From Vicugna vicugna (lineage: Eukaryota), in NCBI GenBank assembly GCA_013265495.1, contig MU058009.1, positions 1,242,001 through 1,306,000 of the forward strand: a stretch of 64,000 bases of DNA, in the 5' to 3' direction. The notes below the pieces were generated by a model. The model worked only from the letters and a program-made list of their open reading frames with translations. It did no database searches and was not told the origin of the DNA. Position numbers and translations under genes: made by a program. Within the stretch, counting starts at the first letter, position 1, and each line of letters begins with the position of its first letter. Of this stretch, positions 1-13,848 are shown one piece after another.

Positions 1-499
1 CTGTGACCAGCTTGGACTAATCACATTTTGCTGTCTGCATGGGAGTCGGGGTGGGGTGTTCCCCCGCCCCCGACACTTGGAGGGGGATATCTGTACAAAG
101 GACAGAATGGTTGCTGGAAAGACATATAACAGTCGATATGCACTGTCCATGCGTCTTTTCCAGCTTCATCGCTTGCTGTTCTTTGATTCACATTCAGAGG
201 CAAGCAGCCTGTAGTTCCAAAACACATCGTGCTGTGGCTTGCCTTTGTTCTTACTTCCCCCTTGCCTAGGATTATTGCCATCTATCCATTACCCTCTGGC
301 CCCTACGTGACTAATGATTCTCCGTTATTAAAGTAAAAGTACGTCTATCTCCCTCCCCACACCTCCACCCTCTGCTTCCTATGGGTGGAATGCTTCTTCC
401 CTGGGCTCCCACGGGACTTGATCTTATGCCTCTATATTTTCCACTGTGTAGATCTGGCCTGAGTCTTGATTTGTCTTTCTAAACCTAAACCTAGAACTG

Positions 500-612
500 A
501 ATAAATGAGGGTAGAGACCATTTCATTCATCTTTGTATCCTAAGTGCCTAGCACAGCCAAGCAGCTGGAGTAAGTTAATGGAACACAAATTAAATTAAGA
601 AATGATTGAATA
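500..612 (+). mobile_element. L2 LINE 3' end fragment
   Basis: gagggtagagaccatttcattcatctttgtatcctaagtgcctagcacag...aatgattgaat resembles the L2 3' terminus. Confidence 0.6.
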
Positions 613-1189
613 AACCCTAATCTGGATCAGAGAGTTCAGATACTTTTTACCATGAAGGGCCTGAGATTAAGAAAATAGAAATTGGATTTCCAGAGTCCAG
701 AATCCTAGTGCCCATCCTATCCAATCCAAATAAAGAAGCCCTGAGCTGAATAGCAATGTGAACTAATGGAGTTTAGGGGAAAAAGCCGGGCTGACTACTG
801 GCAGCATCTGGGGTTGAGAGAGATGTCCCTATTATTAGGGTATAATTAACAACTTTCCTCTCACAGACATTAATTTATTTTGTCATTAAATTAATTAGAA
901 TTAAACAAGCCTTTAAATCATTGCTTGTTCCTGGAAGAAGAAAGGAATTTTTTAATCAAAAATCAAAGAGTTTCCCACAACTTTCTTGCCCCTGTAAAGA
1001 AAGAGAGAGACTGCCTTCTGGAGGGAGTTCCTTTAGGGTTCCCTAAAGCAAGCCTGGGCGCAGGAGCACATCTCACAGGAGTGATGCTTGGCCGTGCTTC
1101 TCTGAAGACAGTGGAGCAAGAAGAAATGCCAGTGGAATGGACTTTCAATTACCACGGAGCTGGAGCCCACGGAACTTTTGGGTATGTTA

Positions 1190-1305
1190 TTTTTAAACAA
1201 GTTTCCTCTTTGGTAAAATGAGGTAACAGAGTCTACCTCATACGGTTACTATGAAATAATTAGCTAAATAATATAAGTGCTAAGAACTCATTAGGTTTTC
1301 AATAA
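1190..1305 (+). mobile_element. MIR SINE fragment
   Basis: agtttcctctttggtaaaatgaggtaacagagtctacctcatacggttactatga resembles the MIR core. Confidence 0.65.
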
Positions 1306-4300
1306 ACTCTACCTAACTTCCTCCCTCTCCCTTAAGCTGAGATTCAAATTTGACTTCAGATAAAATTCTGCAGAAAAAATTAATTGGGAATCTTACTCCC
1401 TGCGAACAGAAACAAAAACACAAAACACAACTTTACAAACAAGATAATTACATCATAAATTCTTTATATATTTACTCAGAAAAATCTCTTTTCCTTGATT
1501 CTACAAATTCTGTGCCCTCTTCAGTTCATTCAATGCTCCTAACTCCAAATTCACCCATCACTTCTGCTCCTTTCCCTCAAACACTACCTGCACCCCCTCC
1601 GCTACCTAAGAAAGGCTCCCTGATTAAAGCAAAAAGTGATATGGTTCTCTCTTTATCTTCCTCTCCATGCAGAGATCAACAAAGGAAAAAAAATTGAACA
1701 TGCTCAAATTACAATATGCGTTGTGCATTTGGTTTTTAGTGCAAATTTTAATCTGCTCTTTTTCAAAATAATGTATGTCCATGATAGAAGCATATTGCAA
1801 TGTAAACTCTTAGAAAGTGAGACTATTTTTCAATTATAGCCTAGAGGGTCTTTTTAGAATTTTATGTGCTTGAAGACTGTATGGGAGGATCTCTTGAGGT
1901 TCCTACAGCTCCAGAGCTCCATGGATCTATAAGTCAATGGCATTCCCTAGCTTCAAGAAAAGCACCTGTGTTCTCTTAATGAGAGTAGGGGCAAAAGGAT
2001 ACACTCTTTACTGATGAATCCACAATTCAGACCTACTAAGGCTTCAGCCCAGACACCCTCATAGACTCTGATGACAGCTCAATTTTAGAGTGGAGATGCA
2101 AATGTTGGCCTAGACCCAGACTTCTTAAAAGACAATACTGGGGAAATGGACTGCCATAAAGGGTGCCTCAGACTGAGAGAGAGGTGACATAGAATAGCCT
2201 GTCTGCTCTTGAGTCTGATGGTTAACTAGACAGGTCAGTTTCAACACGTTGAGAACTAAACTGCTTGTGGTCGTAGATCTACCACCAAGATGTTCAACAC
2301 TCATATTTAGCCTTGAAGCAAAAGCATGAGTAAACAGAACATGTACTCTGGCCTGACGGATACTTAACTGAATAAAATCGACCTGTAACTGAGCGACTCT
2401 GAGTATGTTGACAGCGGTGCTGAGTGCTTTTTCCTCTTGATCTAACAGAATAAAAGCTAAAAGCTGCATTTTTTTTCTTTAATTAAGACTACAGCATTAT
2501 CAGGCTCTAGAAGACTGAACAGAATGCACAAATGAACTGCTATTTAATTAAGCTTTCCAAGAAACTTTTGAAGGCAGCAGATTAAATACGGACTTTTACT
2601 TTTTGCAATATTTTAAGGAACTGTTAATTGTTTTTCTCATGGTGGATAAACATTAAAAAATGTAAAATCAACACAATGTAAGCTGAGAAAAGGAAGCCAA
2701 TAGAGCCTTTTTTTTTTTTTGTCCTTTATTTATTGCTAATGTCAAGAGGCCAGCACTGGGCGATTTCTGTGGATACATCTCTGTATGTGCTTTGAAGGTA
2801 CATATATGGACCTATGCCTTGCTGACAATAACAGTTATAACCATAAATGTTCTAAAATCTTAGAGAGAAAAAATCACTTTTGTTAAAAGAGCTGGATTTA
2901 AATGTTCTTAGTCACTTACATAGCTGTAACAAGTATATAAGTAAGTTTAGGCCTAAAAGCTTTGAGTGTAAAATAAAATTGCTTGTCATTTAATAACCCA
3001 ATTGAAGTGTTTTTGAATCTCCACTCCACTTAACTAGCAGTGACCTAGATGTTATAAATAGACCACCTCTCCAAACATAATCTACAATCCCCAAAGATAC
3101 TACGTGTATAATCGAATGTGTGCTTGTCATCACTCAGACATCACTGCCGTCCAGGAATTCAGAAATCAGCCCCGCCCGTGGGCAGCTGCCGGTGAGGGGT
3201 TTGCAGGAGGAGCAGCTGTGCTGAAACCCCCCTAGTCCGAGGTATGCATGATCCCGGTGGGACTGCTGGACCTAAAGTCTTCCTCTCTCTATCCTCTCAT
3301 GCCGCAAAGTTACTGCTCTTCTGGCCCTATTTACCTTCCATTTATTTCTCAGGATAAAAACAACCAGTCAATGGAAGTTCTCTGAAAAAACGACCATGTC
3401 CCAGTTTGACGACTTTTTGATAACGCGGACAGTGACTTTACTCAAGGCACAACCACGGCAGGATCTCAGACCCAGACGGCTGCCACTGCCGGGTTCAGCC
3501 TGAACTCAGTCTAGAGCAGCAGTCTGCTCCATCTCCCCAGGCCAGCGAATGAGCCAAGACTCAGTCCAGACTCTCTTCTCTTAAGGTGCATCGCTATTTA
3601 TGGGCTCTCATCCCTGTCTGTAACCACATCTCATTTTGGATTTTTCAGACTTGTTTTTATTTGTCAGACATATTTTTATGGAGGGAGAGGGTGACAGTGA
3701 TGTTCCAACTCCTTCCCCTCAGAAGACTCGGAATTATTTAAATCAATGCATGCAGATATTTAGAAGGATCGAGTTCTGCTTATTTCTAAGACTCAGATGC
3801 AAAGAGGAATGTTGGGAGAGAAACGTTCCAATTTCCCCCTGTGAATTGCATATAACTCCCAGCCTCCTGCATCATTTAAATGATCACTTACAAGTCATTA
3901 CCATTGATTGTGTGACTAAGTTGTATGAAAAACACTGCTGACTGACAGAGGTTTGCAAAATGTGTGACAGTTCCTTCCTCAAAGAGGTTAATAGTTTAGT
4001 TCAGTAGTTTTCAAATGAGTTTCATGCTTAAGTGTTTTTTCAAGCATTTGATTAAACTTTTGTTTTACGTTTCTATCCAAACTAAGGTTAAAACTGTAGT
4101 AAAATAAACACATTCAAATGCATTCTATTCCAACTTTCTACATACCGATAGATATTAATTCAGTAGCTTGTTCTGCCAACTCAACTTGGTTTTGAGCAGA
4201 CCTGGGATTAAAACTTTGAACTTTTTATAAATATGTAATTGATTAGGAATGATGTGTCTGGGCAATAATCTTTGTAATTAGGGCTTCAAATGTCTGCTAG

Positions 4301-4589
4301 GGTAAAACTATATAAGGAAGTACAGTGTGACACCTCTTTAAATGCCAGAGAAATCCAGCATCTCTAGATTCTTAAACTTAAGATACAATGTGTTAAATTT
4401 GGTTGAGACATTTTTTTTTTCTCAGTTTAAAGGAGAAAATTTTCTACTCTTCTCAGCAAAAAAGCCAACATATGCCTCCCTTCAATTTTCTTTTTGTGTT
4501 TTTCAATTCGGCTCTGTGCTTGGCTTGGTTTTGTTTATTTTTAGGCATTCATTAAGTTCTTAATACAGGCAACAAAATGTGACAGCTTT

Positions 4590-4715
4590 TGCACTTTACC
4601 ACATTAGTCATTAGAACTGCCCAGTGAAATAAGTTTATAGAGTGTTTCATTCCATAAATACAGATATTGAGGCTTGTAAATATTCCATATCTTGCCCAAA
4701 GTCATGCATGGTAAT
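4590..4715 (-). mobile_element. MIR SINE fragment
   Basis: acagatattgaggcttg...cttgcccaaagtcatgcatggtaa is the antisense MIR core. Confidence 0.55.
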
Positions 4716-4809
4716 CATACTTGCCTGTGATGGAGTGCTTGTTATATGAGAGATGATTTACAGGTATTACTTCTATTCCATAGAACTCAAAAGATTTGAG
4801 TTTGGGGAG

Positions 4810-5790
4810 GTATTTTTATAGAACTTCATGTTGCAAAGTGCACCGATTATAAGCGTATAGGTCCATGAATTCCCTAAAAGTGAATATGTTTATATAGCCA
4901 CTTTCTAGAAGAAAACATAAAATACACCAATACCCTAGAAATCTGTCTTGCCATCTGTCTTTGTCACTACTCTCTGCACAAGGTAAACACTAGCCTGATT
5001 TCTCTAACCATCAATTAATTGTACCTGGATTTGAAATTTTAAATCAGTGGATTTATTTATGCTCTCCCTTGCTTTTGTGTCAATCATCTTTGTGACTTTA
5101 TATAGCAGTTCACTATCTTAATTGCTGTGTATTATTCTATGTTAAGAATATGTCATGAGTTATTTTTATTCATTCTAGTCTATATGCATGATGTTTCCAG
5201 TGGGGACTCTTTTCAACAGCATCATTATAAATAATTTTGCCTAGATTTTTAGTAAATATATGTATGCATTTCTCTTTGGGTGCATATTTGGGAGTAGAAT
5301 TGATGAATCCTATCTGTATTCAGATTGCAAAATATTGTGTGAAATTTCCAACTTACATTTCTACCACCAGCGGTGTGCAATACTTCCTATAGCTAAATGT
5401 ATTTCCATAATTTAGTATCATCGACTTTTCCCTTTTTGTTTTAAATATTCTGGTGCGTAAGGTATCCTTCTAAAGCCTTGTGATGTTAAACACTTTTTAT
5501 AATAGACCATTTGTGTATCTCATTGGTGAGAGGTCTGTTCGTACTTTTGCCTAGTTTTCCTCTTAATGTAGTTTTCTGTCTTTTAAAAAATTATTTCTAA
5601 AGTTTTCGTATATTGCTTTTGTATTTATACATTGTAATTCCAGGTACCATTCTATGTAATTGCTCAGAACTAACAACGTTTTTATAGATGTTTTGATATT
5701 TTCTACACACATAATCATATTTTGCTTATGAATAATAGCAGGTTTTTCTTCCCTTCCGATGCTTGTATTCTTCCGTTTTGTTTTTCAACC
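4810..5790 (-). mobile_element. Ancient L1 (L1ME-like) 3' region, decayed
   Basis: T-rich; aaagtgcaccgattataagcgtatag and tatgcatttctctttgggtgcatatttgggagtagaattg resemble the antisense L1 3' UTR and ORF2 end. Confidence 0.7.
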
Positions 5791-7105
5791 TTTTGCTATG
5801 CCTGTGTGTACACTTTTTGATATTTATTCTGCTTGGTGCTCTCTGAGCTTCCTGCATCCATGGTTTGGTGTCTGCCATTAATTGTTGACAATTTTCAGCC
5901 AATATAACAGCACATATTTATTCTGATCCATTCTTCTACTTCTGGTGTCCCCATTACACATAAGTGACATCTTTTTAATTGTCCCATAATTCTTATATAT
6001 TGCCTTTGTTTGTTTGCTTTTCATCTTTTTTTTTTTTAATTTGGGAAATTTCTATTAACATATCTTTAAGCTCCCTGATTATTTCTTTGGCCCATCTATG
6101 GATACGTCTATCAAAGGCATTATTCATTTCTTTTATAATGTTTTTAATTTCCAGTATTTCATTTTGATATTTTACCTAAGAGTTTCCGTAGCTATTCTTA
6201 CACGACTCATCTGTTATTGCATTTGTTCAATTTTCCATCAGATCCACTAACATATTAATGATAGTATTTTAAGTTCTCTATCTGTTCAATCCAACCCCTT
6301 GTCCTTCTATGTCTCTGGTCCTGTTGTTTGCCTTTTCTCTTGAGATTATTTTTTCTTGTCATTTCCATGCCTTGTAATTTTTTGTAGCAGGTGGAACATG
6401 GTCTATCAAGTAATAGGAAGTAATGTACTTAGAGTTTTTAAGTGTGAGGTTTCATATTAATTTGGCTAGGAATTGGACCGTGTTTAATGTTTCCTGGAGC
6501 TTTACATGCTAGAGGGCTTCAATTTCCTCCAGTTTCCTTTTAATTCTACCCTGCCGACTTTGGGATTCCCTAATAACTCCTTAAATAGAGTCTTTATCTC
6601 GCAGTTCTGAGTTGCAATCTTCTCATATTATTCTGGGGCCTTGTTTATGAGCTGGTAAGGCATTGGGGAGGGCAAGTGTTCTCTGCTGTTATGATTAAAT
6701 CTTGTTTTTTTAATTAGGTCTGGTTCCCTGCACTGTGACCTTCAGAAGCTCTTCTTGGACTTTTTTTTCTCTCCTTTTGTGAGGCTGAAGGGATAAAGGA
6801 GACAGGACTTCTCTAACTGTGCTTTCCCCAGATCAAATGAGTCTCTGGGAATCGTTTGTCTTAGTCCTCTAAGAATGCTCTGGGCAGTGGGGAGGGTGTA
6901 GCTCAAGTGGTAGAGTGCATGCTTAGCATGCATGAGGTACTGGGTTCAATCCCCAGTACCTCCATCAAAAAACTAAATAAATAAATAAAACCTAATTACC
7001 TCCTCCCTGCAAAAAAAAGAAAAGAAGAATGCTCTGGGCATATTTCAGAATGGTTACTTTTTCTCTGCTTTGCCTGAAACATGAGAGGTTTTTTCTTAGA
7101 TCAAA
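5790..7105 (-). mobile_element. Ancient L1M ORF1/5' region, decayed (interrupted by a SINE)
   Basis: Minus strand at about 6042-6167 translates to QNEILEIKNIIKEMNNAFDRRIHRWAKEIIRELKDMLIEISQ, an L1 ORF1p coiled-coil pattern; similar to 23920-24300. Confidence 0.75.
6887..7024 (+). mobile_element. tRNA-Ala-derived SINE (Vic-1-like), copy 1
   Basis: Head ggggagggtgtagctcaagtggtagagtgcatgcttagcatgcatgaggtactgggttcaatccccagtacctcca; A-rich body with cctaattacctcc; perfect 16-bp TSD aagaatgctctgggca at 6871-6886 and 7025-7040. Confidence 0.92.
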
Positions 7106-7899
7106 CTTAATTGTGTTTGGCTGTGAAATGCTGGTCCTTTGGCATGATGACACTAAAAGAGATGGTCAGAGCTACACATATAGTCACCCAGTGGAAAATG
7201 GGAAGGGCATTCAGCAACAGGAGTTAAAGTAAACCCTCGGGAGGGAGCTGATGGACACTGTAACATTTAATCAGATAATCAGTCCTGTGAAGTTCATCAG
7301 CACTGCTAAACTCCTCTTACAGATGAGAAAATTAATGCTCTGAGAGGAAAATTATAACTTAAATGCAATACTTTTCTAAGCAACATTCTGGAAAACTTGC
7401 AATCTTCTGTATCTACAAATTCTCTGTGATATAAAGGCTTTCAGGCACTATTTTCTAAGAAGAATTGTATCCTTTTATATAAAACATAACTCTTTAGGAA
7501 AAAATATTAAACAAAAATTGTACATAGCAGCTCTAAGCATTGCTTTATGAGAGATTCTCTACCTGTGAATGTTTTTGTACTTGGGGATGCAAATTGATGG
7601 GAGTATCTTTGACTGAAATAACGGCTCTTCCAGGCCTCATACAATGTTTCGCATTTTGAAAACCTAATTAGGCCAATTAAATTATAAAAGCTCCATAGAG
7701 GTAGCTTCAATTCTCAGAACATGACAACCACAACACTAAAGATGAGAAGCCATTCAGTCGGAAAACTTTGCTTGTGTATCCACAGTTCATGAAGACTTTC
7801 ATTTTCTTTAGTTTCATTTTCTGACTTTTTAGAAAGAATTTTCAGCATGGACTGCTCTTCTACTCACCAAGGCACTGAATTCTTTACTTTACTATATAG

Positions 7900-10570
7900 A
7901 GTTGAAAGAGACACCGAGAGCGACTTCTGGACTGGTGAGGACCTTGGTGAAGTTGCTTTCCCTCTGAAACAATGACAATATACCCAGAACAACTAAAATC
8001 GATCATTTCAGAACTCTGGCAAATATCAAAAGCCACTGCAAGAACTGAAAAATCATCTATCCAAGATAAACTACTCACATTTGATGAAACAGTGGGATCT
8101 GTGAAGTTCTAACTTGGGACTCTTCCCACTTCCTTTTCTTCCCAGCTTAGTGGCGTGGTAAACAAAATCCAGCAGCATTGTAGCCGATGGAGAAATGTGA
8201 TTACTTTTTGAGCTCTGTTAAAACCACAATCCCCCCTCCTCACCTTGGGATGCCCTTGGAAATCAGATAGTGTTGGCTATTTTATTAGACTCAGAGCACA
8301 GCTTGGGTGAGGTTTGGGGGACTTAACCCCAGGACATCAGTGAAACAGGCAAAATTTAAACCACCTCAGGTGGTTTCCCTTCAGTTAGGGCAAACAAGAA
8401 TCAGCCTAGGAATTTAAAGGAAGTCCTAGAGAACTCAACAAACATAGGAGCATTTTAAAAGCTATAACAAATTCTTGGGGATCTAAACGTCTGCCCAAGG
8501 CTGTATGCATGCTCAGGAAAGTCCTGGGAAAAGAAAAAACAACAGTCACTCATGTCTAGCTTGAGGGTCTGTGCAAGAAAAAAATGAATGCTATGACTAA
8601 GTGAAAGCAAACTTTTGTCTGAAGTTTGAACCTGCACCTTTTTGCATAGATCCTCTTGGACAAAAGGCGGAGAAAATACAGATTTCCTTTTTGGGAAATC
8701 TTATGAACACTCATTATTTAGTCACAAAATTTTACTGAGCAAAGTATGACTCATAGGAAGCCAGCCTGAAAAATAAAAACAAGAAATAAAACTAGCACAG
8801 AACTCAGTGGACAAACACTGAAGGGAACACACAAGCTACAGAATTAGCCCAAGACAGTGCTAAATGAGCAGCGGGAAGAAATATGACAACCAAGAAATCT
8901 AGCAACAATGAACTTTGAAGATGGAGAGTTATGAATCCAGAGCTGTTTCAATATATTTTCTAAGATCTCAAGTTTTCAATAAAAAACTGTGAGACATCCA
9001 GACAAATGGGGAAATTGCTTCATATAGATGGGAAAAATGCAGCCAACATAAAATGTACCCAAGGAAGGAGGCAGATTTTGTACTTAGTTAGACAAAACCT
9101 TTGGATCAACCATTATGGATGTTCAAATAATTGCAAGAAGAATTAAATAAAAGTATGTCAATGATGTGTCACAAATAGAAAACATCAATGCAGAGGTAGA
9201 AATTATAATAAACAAGAAAATAGAAATTCTAGAGTTGAAAATTACAAAAAATGAAAATGGTAATTGGAGGGGCACAACCGCAGACTTTAGGTAGCAGAAT
9301 AAAGAATCAGCAAATGTGAAGATGGGTTAATAGAGACTATCCAGCTTAAGTAGCAGAAAGAAAATATAATGAAGAAAAGGAAACAGAGGCTCAGAGCGCT
9401 GTTGATTATCAGCACGTGTACCAACACAGGTACGGGAGCAACTGAGCATCCACGTGCAAAAGAATGGATTGGTTCCCGTCCATCACAACACACACAAAAC
9501 GTAGCTCAACATGGATCATAAACCTCAATGTTTGAACTGAAACTATAAAACTTCTTGAAGAAAATATATGAGTAAATCTTCATGGCCTTGGTTAAGTAAT
9601 TGATTTTTACATATAACACCAAAAACACAAGGGAAAAAATTAGATAAATTGGACTATAAAGTCCTCTTGCCTCTCAACAATAAAGACACCTTAACTTTAA
9701 AGTGAGCAAAGGATTTGAATCTTTACAATACTGAATCCTTAAGAGATTTATCCAGAGATATAAAAATAGCCAGTCAACACATCAATTAAAAGATCCTTAA
9801 CATCATTCATTAATAGGGAAATGCAAATCAAAATCCCTGTAAGATACCACTTTATACCCATTAAGACGGCAAAGATGAAAAAAGATAGACAATAACACAT
9901 TTTGGAAAGGATGCAGAACAATTTGAGCTCCCGTATGTTGCTTATGAATGTAAAATGCTTCAGCCTCTTCAGAGAACAGTTTATCAGTTCCTTCATGTTC
10001 ACCATAGGTTGCCAGGTAACCCAAGCAAATCCTGGATGTAGACCCAAGAGAAATGACAGTACAGGTTAACACAACACGCTGTAAATGAATGTTCATAGCC
10101 GCATCACTATCGCAGCCGCAGTGTGGAAACAACCTAAATGCTCATCAGCCAAAGAATGGGTTTTACAGATGTGGTGTATCCATATAGCCAAATATTACTT
10201 GACAATTTAAAAGGATGAAGTACTGGCACATACTGAACTTGGAAGAAGCTGAAAACACTACGCTGAGTGAAATGCACAGGCACAGAAGATCACACGTTGC
10301 GCGGTTCCCTGTATGTGAAATATCCATTTAGAGACAGAAGGCCAATTAGTGGGGACCCGGCCCTGGGGCAGAGGAAGGAGAAGCGGGAATGAGAAGTGAT
10401 GGCTAATGACTATGGTGTTTCTTTCTAGAGTGATGAAAATATTAAAAAATTGATTGTGGTGATGGTCACACAACTCAGTATACCAGAAACCACCAAAATC
10501 TACAATTTAAATGGATAAATTTTATTATTACCTTAATACTTCTATTAAAAAAACCCAAAATAAAATAAAA
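7900..10570 (+). mobile_element. Ancient L1M with 5' region, ORF1 remnant, large internal deletion and 3' end
   Basis: 5' UTR-like at 7900-8400; ORF1-like gaaattctagagttgaaaattac at about 9220; jump near 9430 to late ORF2-like sequence; gggaaatgcaaatcaaaatcc...agataccactttatacccattaagacggc; 3' UTR gtgatgaaaatatt...gtggtgatggtcacacaact; A-rich tail. Confidence 0.8.
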
Positions 10571-12443
10571 CAATTTTTAAAGATATAGGGATTAAGGAAA
10601 GCTGAGCAGGCAACATTGGAGACCACCCGATGCTACATATGGGAAGCTAACACCCTCAGAACCTTCAGAAAAACTACATACCATGGTAACATGGGCCTGC
10701 CCCCTGCCACCCGGAGCCGGCTCTCCCTTCCCTCAGCCCCCTCCTTGGCCTCTGCCTTCCCCGCAAGGCTTTTACTGGGACACCTCAGGGGGCCTGCTCT
10801 TTGCTGAAGTGACCCGCATGCTGACCTAGAGCACCCCTCTAACAGAATCTTCTCCATCAAATCTCACATTCCAGGAGGTGTTTGGTCACATGGAACAACT
10901 AATCTATGCTTAAAAATGCAAACTATAAAAGCTTAACTCTTCCCAGGAGAAGTCTCACTTATCTATAGAGAATTCCCCTCACCTAAACTACTGCATAATT
11001 GAGGGACGTTTGGAGGAGCGTGTTTGGACGTGGAGCGTTACAGAGGTAGGGTATGTTGACAGTGCTTTTTACCCTTTCGGCCTAATTATCTGTTACCCCT
11101 ATTCTCCGAGACGTTGAGTGGGAAGGAGGAATGTGCCTATGGGCTTCCCTCCTCTCTGCTCTCTGCCACTCAGGAACTCAGCGATACCCCCTGTAGGCAC
11201 AGAAAGACACACAAACCAGGTGCCGTCTGACAGTGCCTCCAATGATGGGAGGATAAAGCCAGCGCATGGTGTTTGAGATGCTGTCTTCTGATACAACAAA
11301 CATATCTGAACTCTGCACAGCACATGGCTCAATTCGTTAGGCACCTAGAAATTTTCGGACAAAGTCATGCAATGGAGCTGAAAGCTGATTGGGCCCCTTC
11401 AGAGAGAGGTGTGCTGCCGCATCATGATCATACGTGCATCTCTGTCAGCTCAAGCCTGCTTCCCGGAAGATTCACCTTCTACTTCGTTATTGCTTAAAGT
11501 CCAGAACAGCATTACCATCATCATTACTTCTGCTAAATACGCCATGTATCTCTGCCTTAAAAGGCCCATCTTCAACTACACTTTATTTGATTTTAGAATA
11601 AGAGTCAAAACGGTCATAAGAATTAAAGGGCCAGCATGCTGACATAAGAATATAATAAAGAATTGCATGCCCTCTGCAAGGTACCGTCTTTCCCACACAC
11701 TCCTTGGGAGGACAAAGAGCAGACTGTTCCTCTGTGTGCCTAGTCAAAATGTCCTCATTTTATATGTTTTCTAAACACCCTCTATCCTTTCCACAGTAGT
11801 TTTGTGAAACTCAAGTTTAAGAACAATATGTATTAGAGTTGAAATCTTACCCCACTGTCTGTATTCACACCTGCTGTGTGTTGTGTTTCGTCACGTTCAC
11901 CAACGAAGTTTCAGTCTGGATGGGGTAGAAACCATATTCTACACAGCTCAGGTCCTAAGCACCTACCTTCAGCAAAGCACCCTGAACACAGCCGGTGCCT
12001 GCTCAGACAATTGTTATCTGATGTTGAAAGTTCAGAAGATAATGATGCTCTGCGAGTCTCACTGACGAGCTTGGACAAGATGTCTATACACAGAGCTGCA
12101 GCTCTGTCTTCTTCCCAGTCATCAGCCACTGTGCCTTCAGGGGCCCACCCAGCCAGCCAGGGAAACAGCACTTCGATCTGAGTGTGGGATGTGAAGATGT
12201 CACTCTCAGATCAAGAAGCAACTGCCTGGCTCTATCCACACATGTGGGATCTAGAGATGCATTTCAAGAAAACCCCTCCATGTTATTTTTAATCAACGTC
12301 TTTATCTCACTTGGGATACGTAACTATCACCTGGCATTGTGATTCAGTAAGAGCTAAGTTTACAAGCTCAGACAGAAATACATTCCTTCTCCCCTGGGTA
12401 TAAAGTCATGGAAAGAAAATTGCTACAATGGTAGGTGGGTCTC

Positions 12444-12895
12444 TGCATCCCTTTCCTAGGTTGTTGTAACAAGACACCATAAGCTGGGTGACTTGAACAG
12501 CAGAAGTGTGTTGTTTCACGGTTCCATAGGCTAGAAGCCTGAGATCAAGGTGTCAGCAGTGTTGTCCCTCCTGAGGCGGGGAGGGAGGGTCTCTTCACGC
12601 TTATGTCTTAGCTTCTGGTGGTCTGCTAGCAATCATTGGCGTTCCTTTGCATCACCCTGATTTCTGCCTTCATCATTGCTTTGCAGTCTCGTTGTGTGCA
12701 TGTCTGTGTCCTAATTTCCCCTTTTTTATAAAGAGACTGATCATATTTGCTCAAGATCCAACCTAATGACATCATTTGAACTTCATCACACTCCATAAAG
12801 GTCCTGTCTCCAAATAAGGTCACTTAGGAGGTACTGGGGGTTAAGACTCTGACATGTATTTTTCTTGTGGGTGTGGCACAATTCTGTCCATGACC
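12444..12895 (-). mobile_element. MaLR solo LTR (MLT1B/C-like)
   Basis: tttcctaggttgttgtaacaagacaccataagctgggtgacttgaacagcagaag...tccaaataaggtcac...gggggttaagact; flanks gtctc/atctc (5-bp TSD, 1 mismatch). Confidence 0.85.
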
Positions 12896-13349
12896 ATCTC
12901 AGCCTGGTATGTATCATGCACACGGTTAATTTAATATTAATAATATGCATATATGAGTCTATTTCTCTCCACCATAGGAAAACAACTTTCTCATTACATT
13001 TTTAGCCCAGGTAGGTGAAATGCTACTGCTTGGAGAGAGAGGCTCAGGAAGGGGACGATCATCAGAAAAGGAAAGGAAACGTGTGGCTGATGAAGGGAAG
13101 TTCTGTGCACTTGGAGAGAGGACAGCTGGTGAGCACGGCTTATTCAGGTGAAGAGGAGCTGAAGAGGGTGACAGAGTGGGCAGTCTTTAATGCTTGTTTC
13201 TGAAAAGCTAGATAGAGCCTGGCAGTCAGAGCTGCAGTTTGAGTATCTAGTGTCCACTTAACTGGGCCACTATCTGGAGGGGCTGTTGGCTATAACCCCA
13301 GGAAGGTCCTGAGCTTTTGTTTCTTGACCATAATGGCTGCCATGTCCTG

Positions 13350-13545
13350 GGTGGTTAATATATCCCAGGTAGTGTGCTGGGCGCTACCTTGCAGCACTGC
13401 ACCCTGCGCTCCTTCACAGACTCACGAGGAAACGTGTACAGATGAGAAAATGCAGTCTGAGCCATTTGGCTATCTTCTCTAACACTAGCTTGTGATGGAA
13501 CCAGAGTTTGGACCCTGGTTATTTGAGCTCAAAATTTTGGTCTTT
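13350..13545 (-). mobile_element. MIR SINE fragment
   Basis: tacagatgagaaaatgcagtctgag...gatggaaccagagtttggaccctgg. Confidence 0.55.
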
Positions 13546-13754
13546 GACTCTGCCCTCGCCCTTGGAACCAATGCCTTTCCTCCTCCTGGTTCACACTAGT
13601 CAGGCTGGGTGGTAGGAGTGCACCAGACCACAGTCAGCACGCACTGCCCAGCGGGCAAGCACGGGGCACTAGGAGCATCTCAGGGCCTGAGACCGGAGCC
13701 TGCTGCTGAGCCGATTCCATTGTTTCTTTTCTGCAGAGCTGGGCAGCACGCGTG

Positions 13755-13791
13755 CACACACAGACACACACACACACATGCACACACACAC
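13755..13791 (+). repeat. Imperfect (CA)n microsatellite
   Basis: cacacacagacacacacacacacatgcacacacacac. Confidence 0.9.
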
Positions 13792-13848
13792 CCCACTGGA
13801 GTCCGTGTGAACTCTGACCCGGCAGGAAGGACTACCCATCTTTTCACC

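Noticed and set aside
45..74. GC-rich hairpin gtcggggtgggg/ccccgcccccgac
   Set aside because: Low-complexity G/C runs, imperfect; plausible by chance
6889..6964. tRNA-Ala(AGC) gene (also at about 34165, 37548 and 44820)
   Set aside because: The acceptor stem is disrupted by an extra base, and each copy has an A-rich SINE body and TSDs, so these are retroposed SINEs
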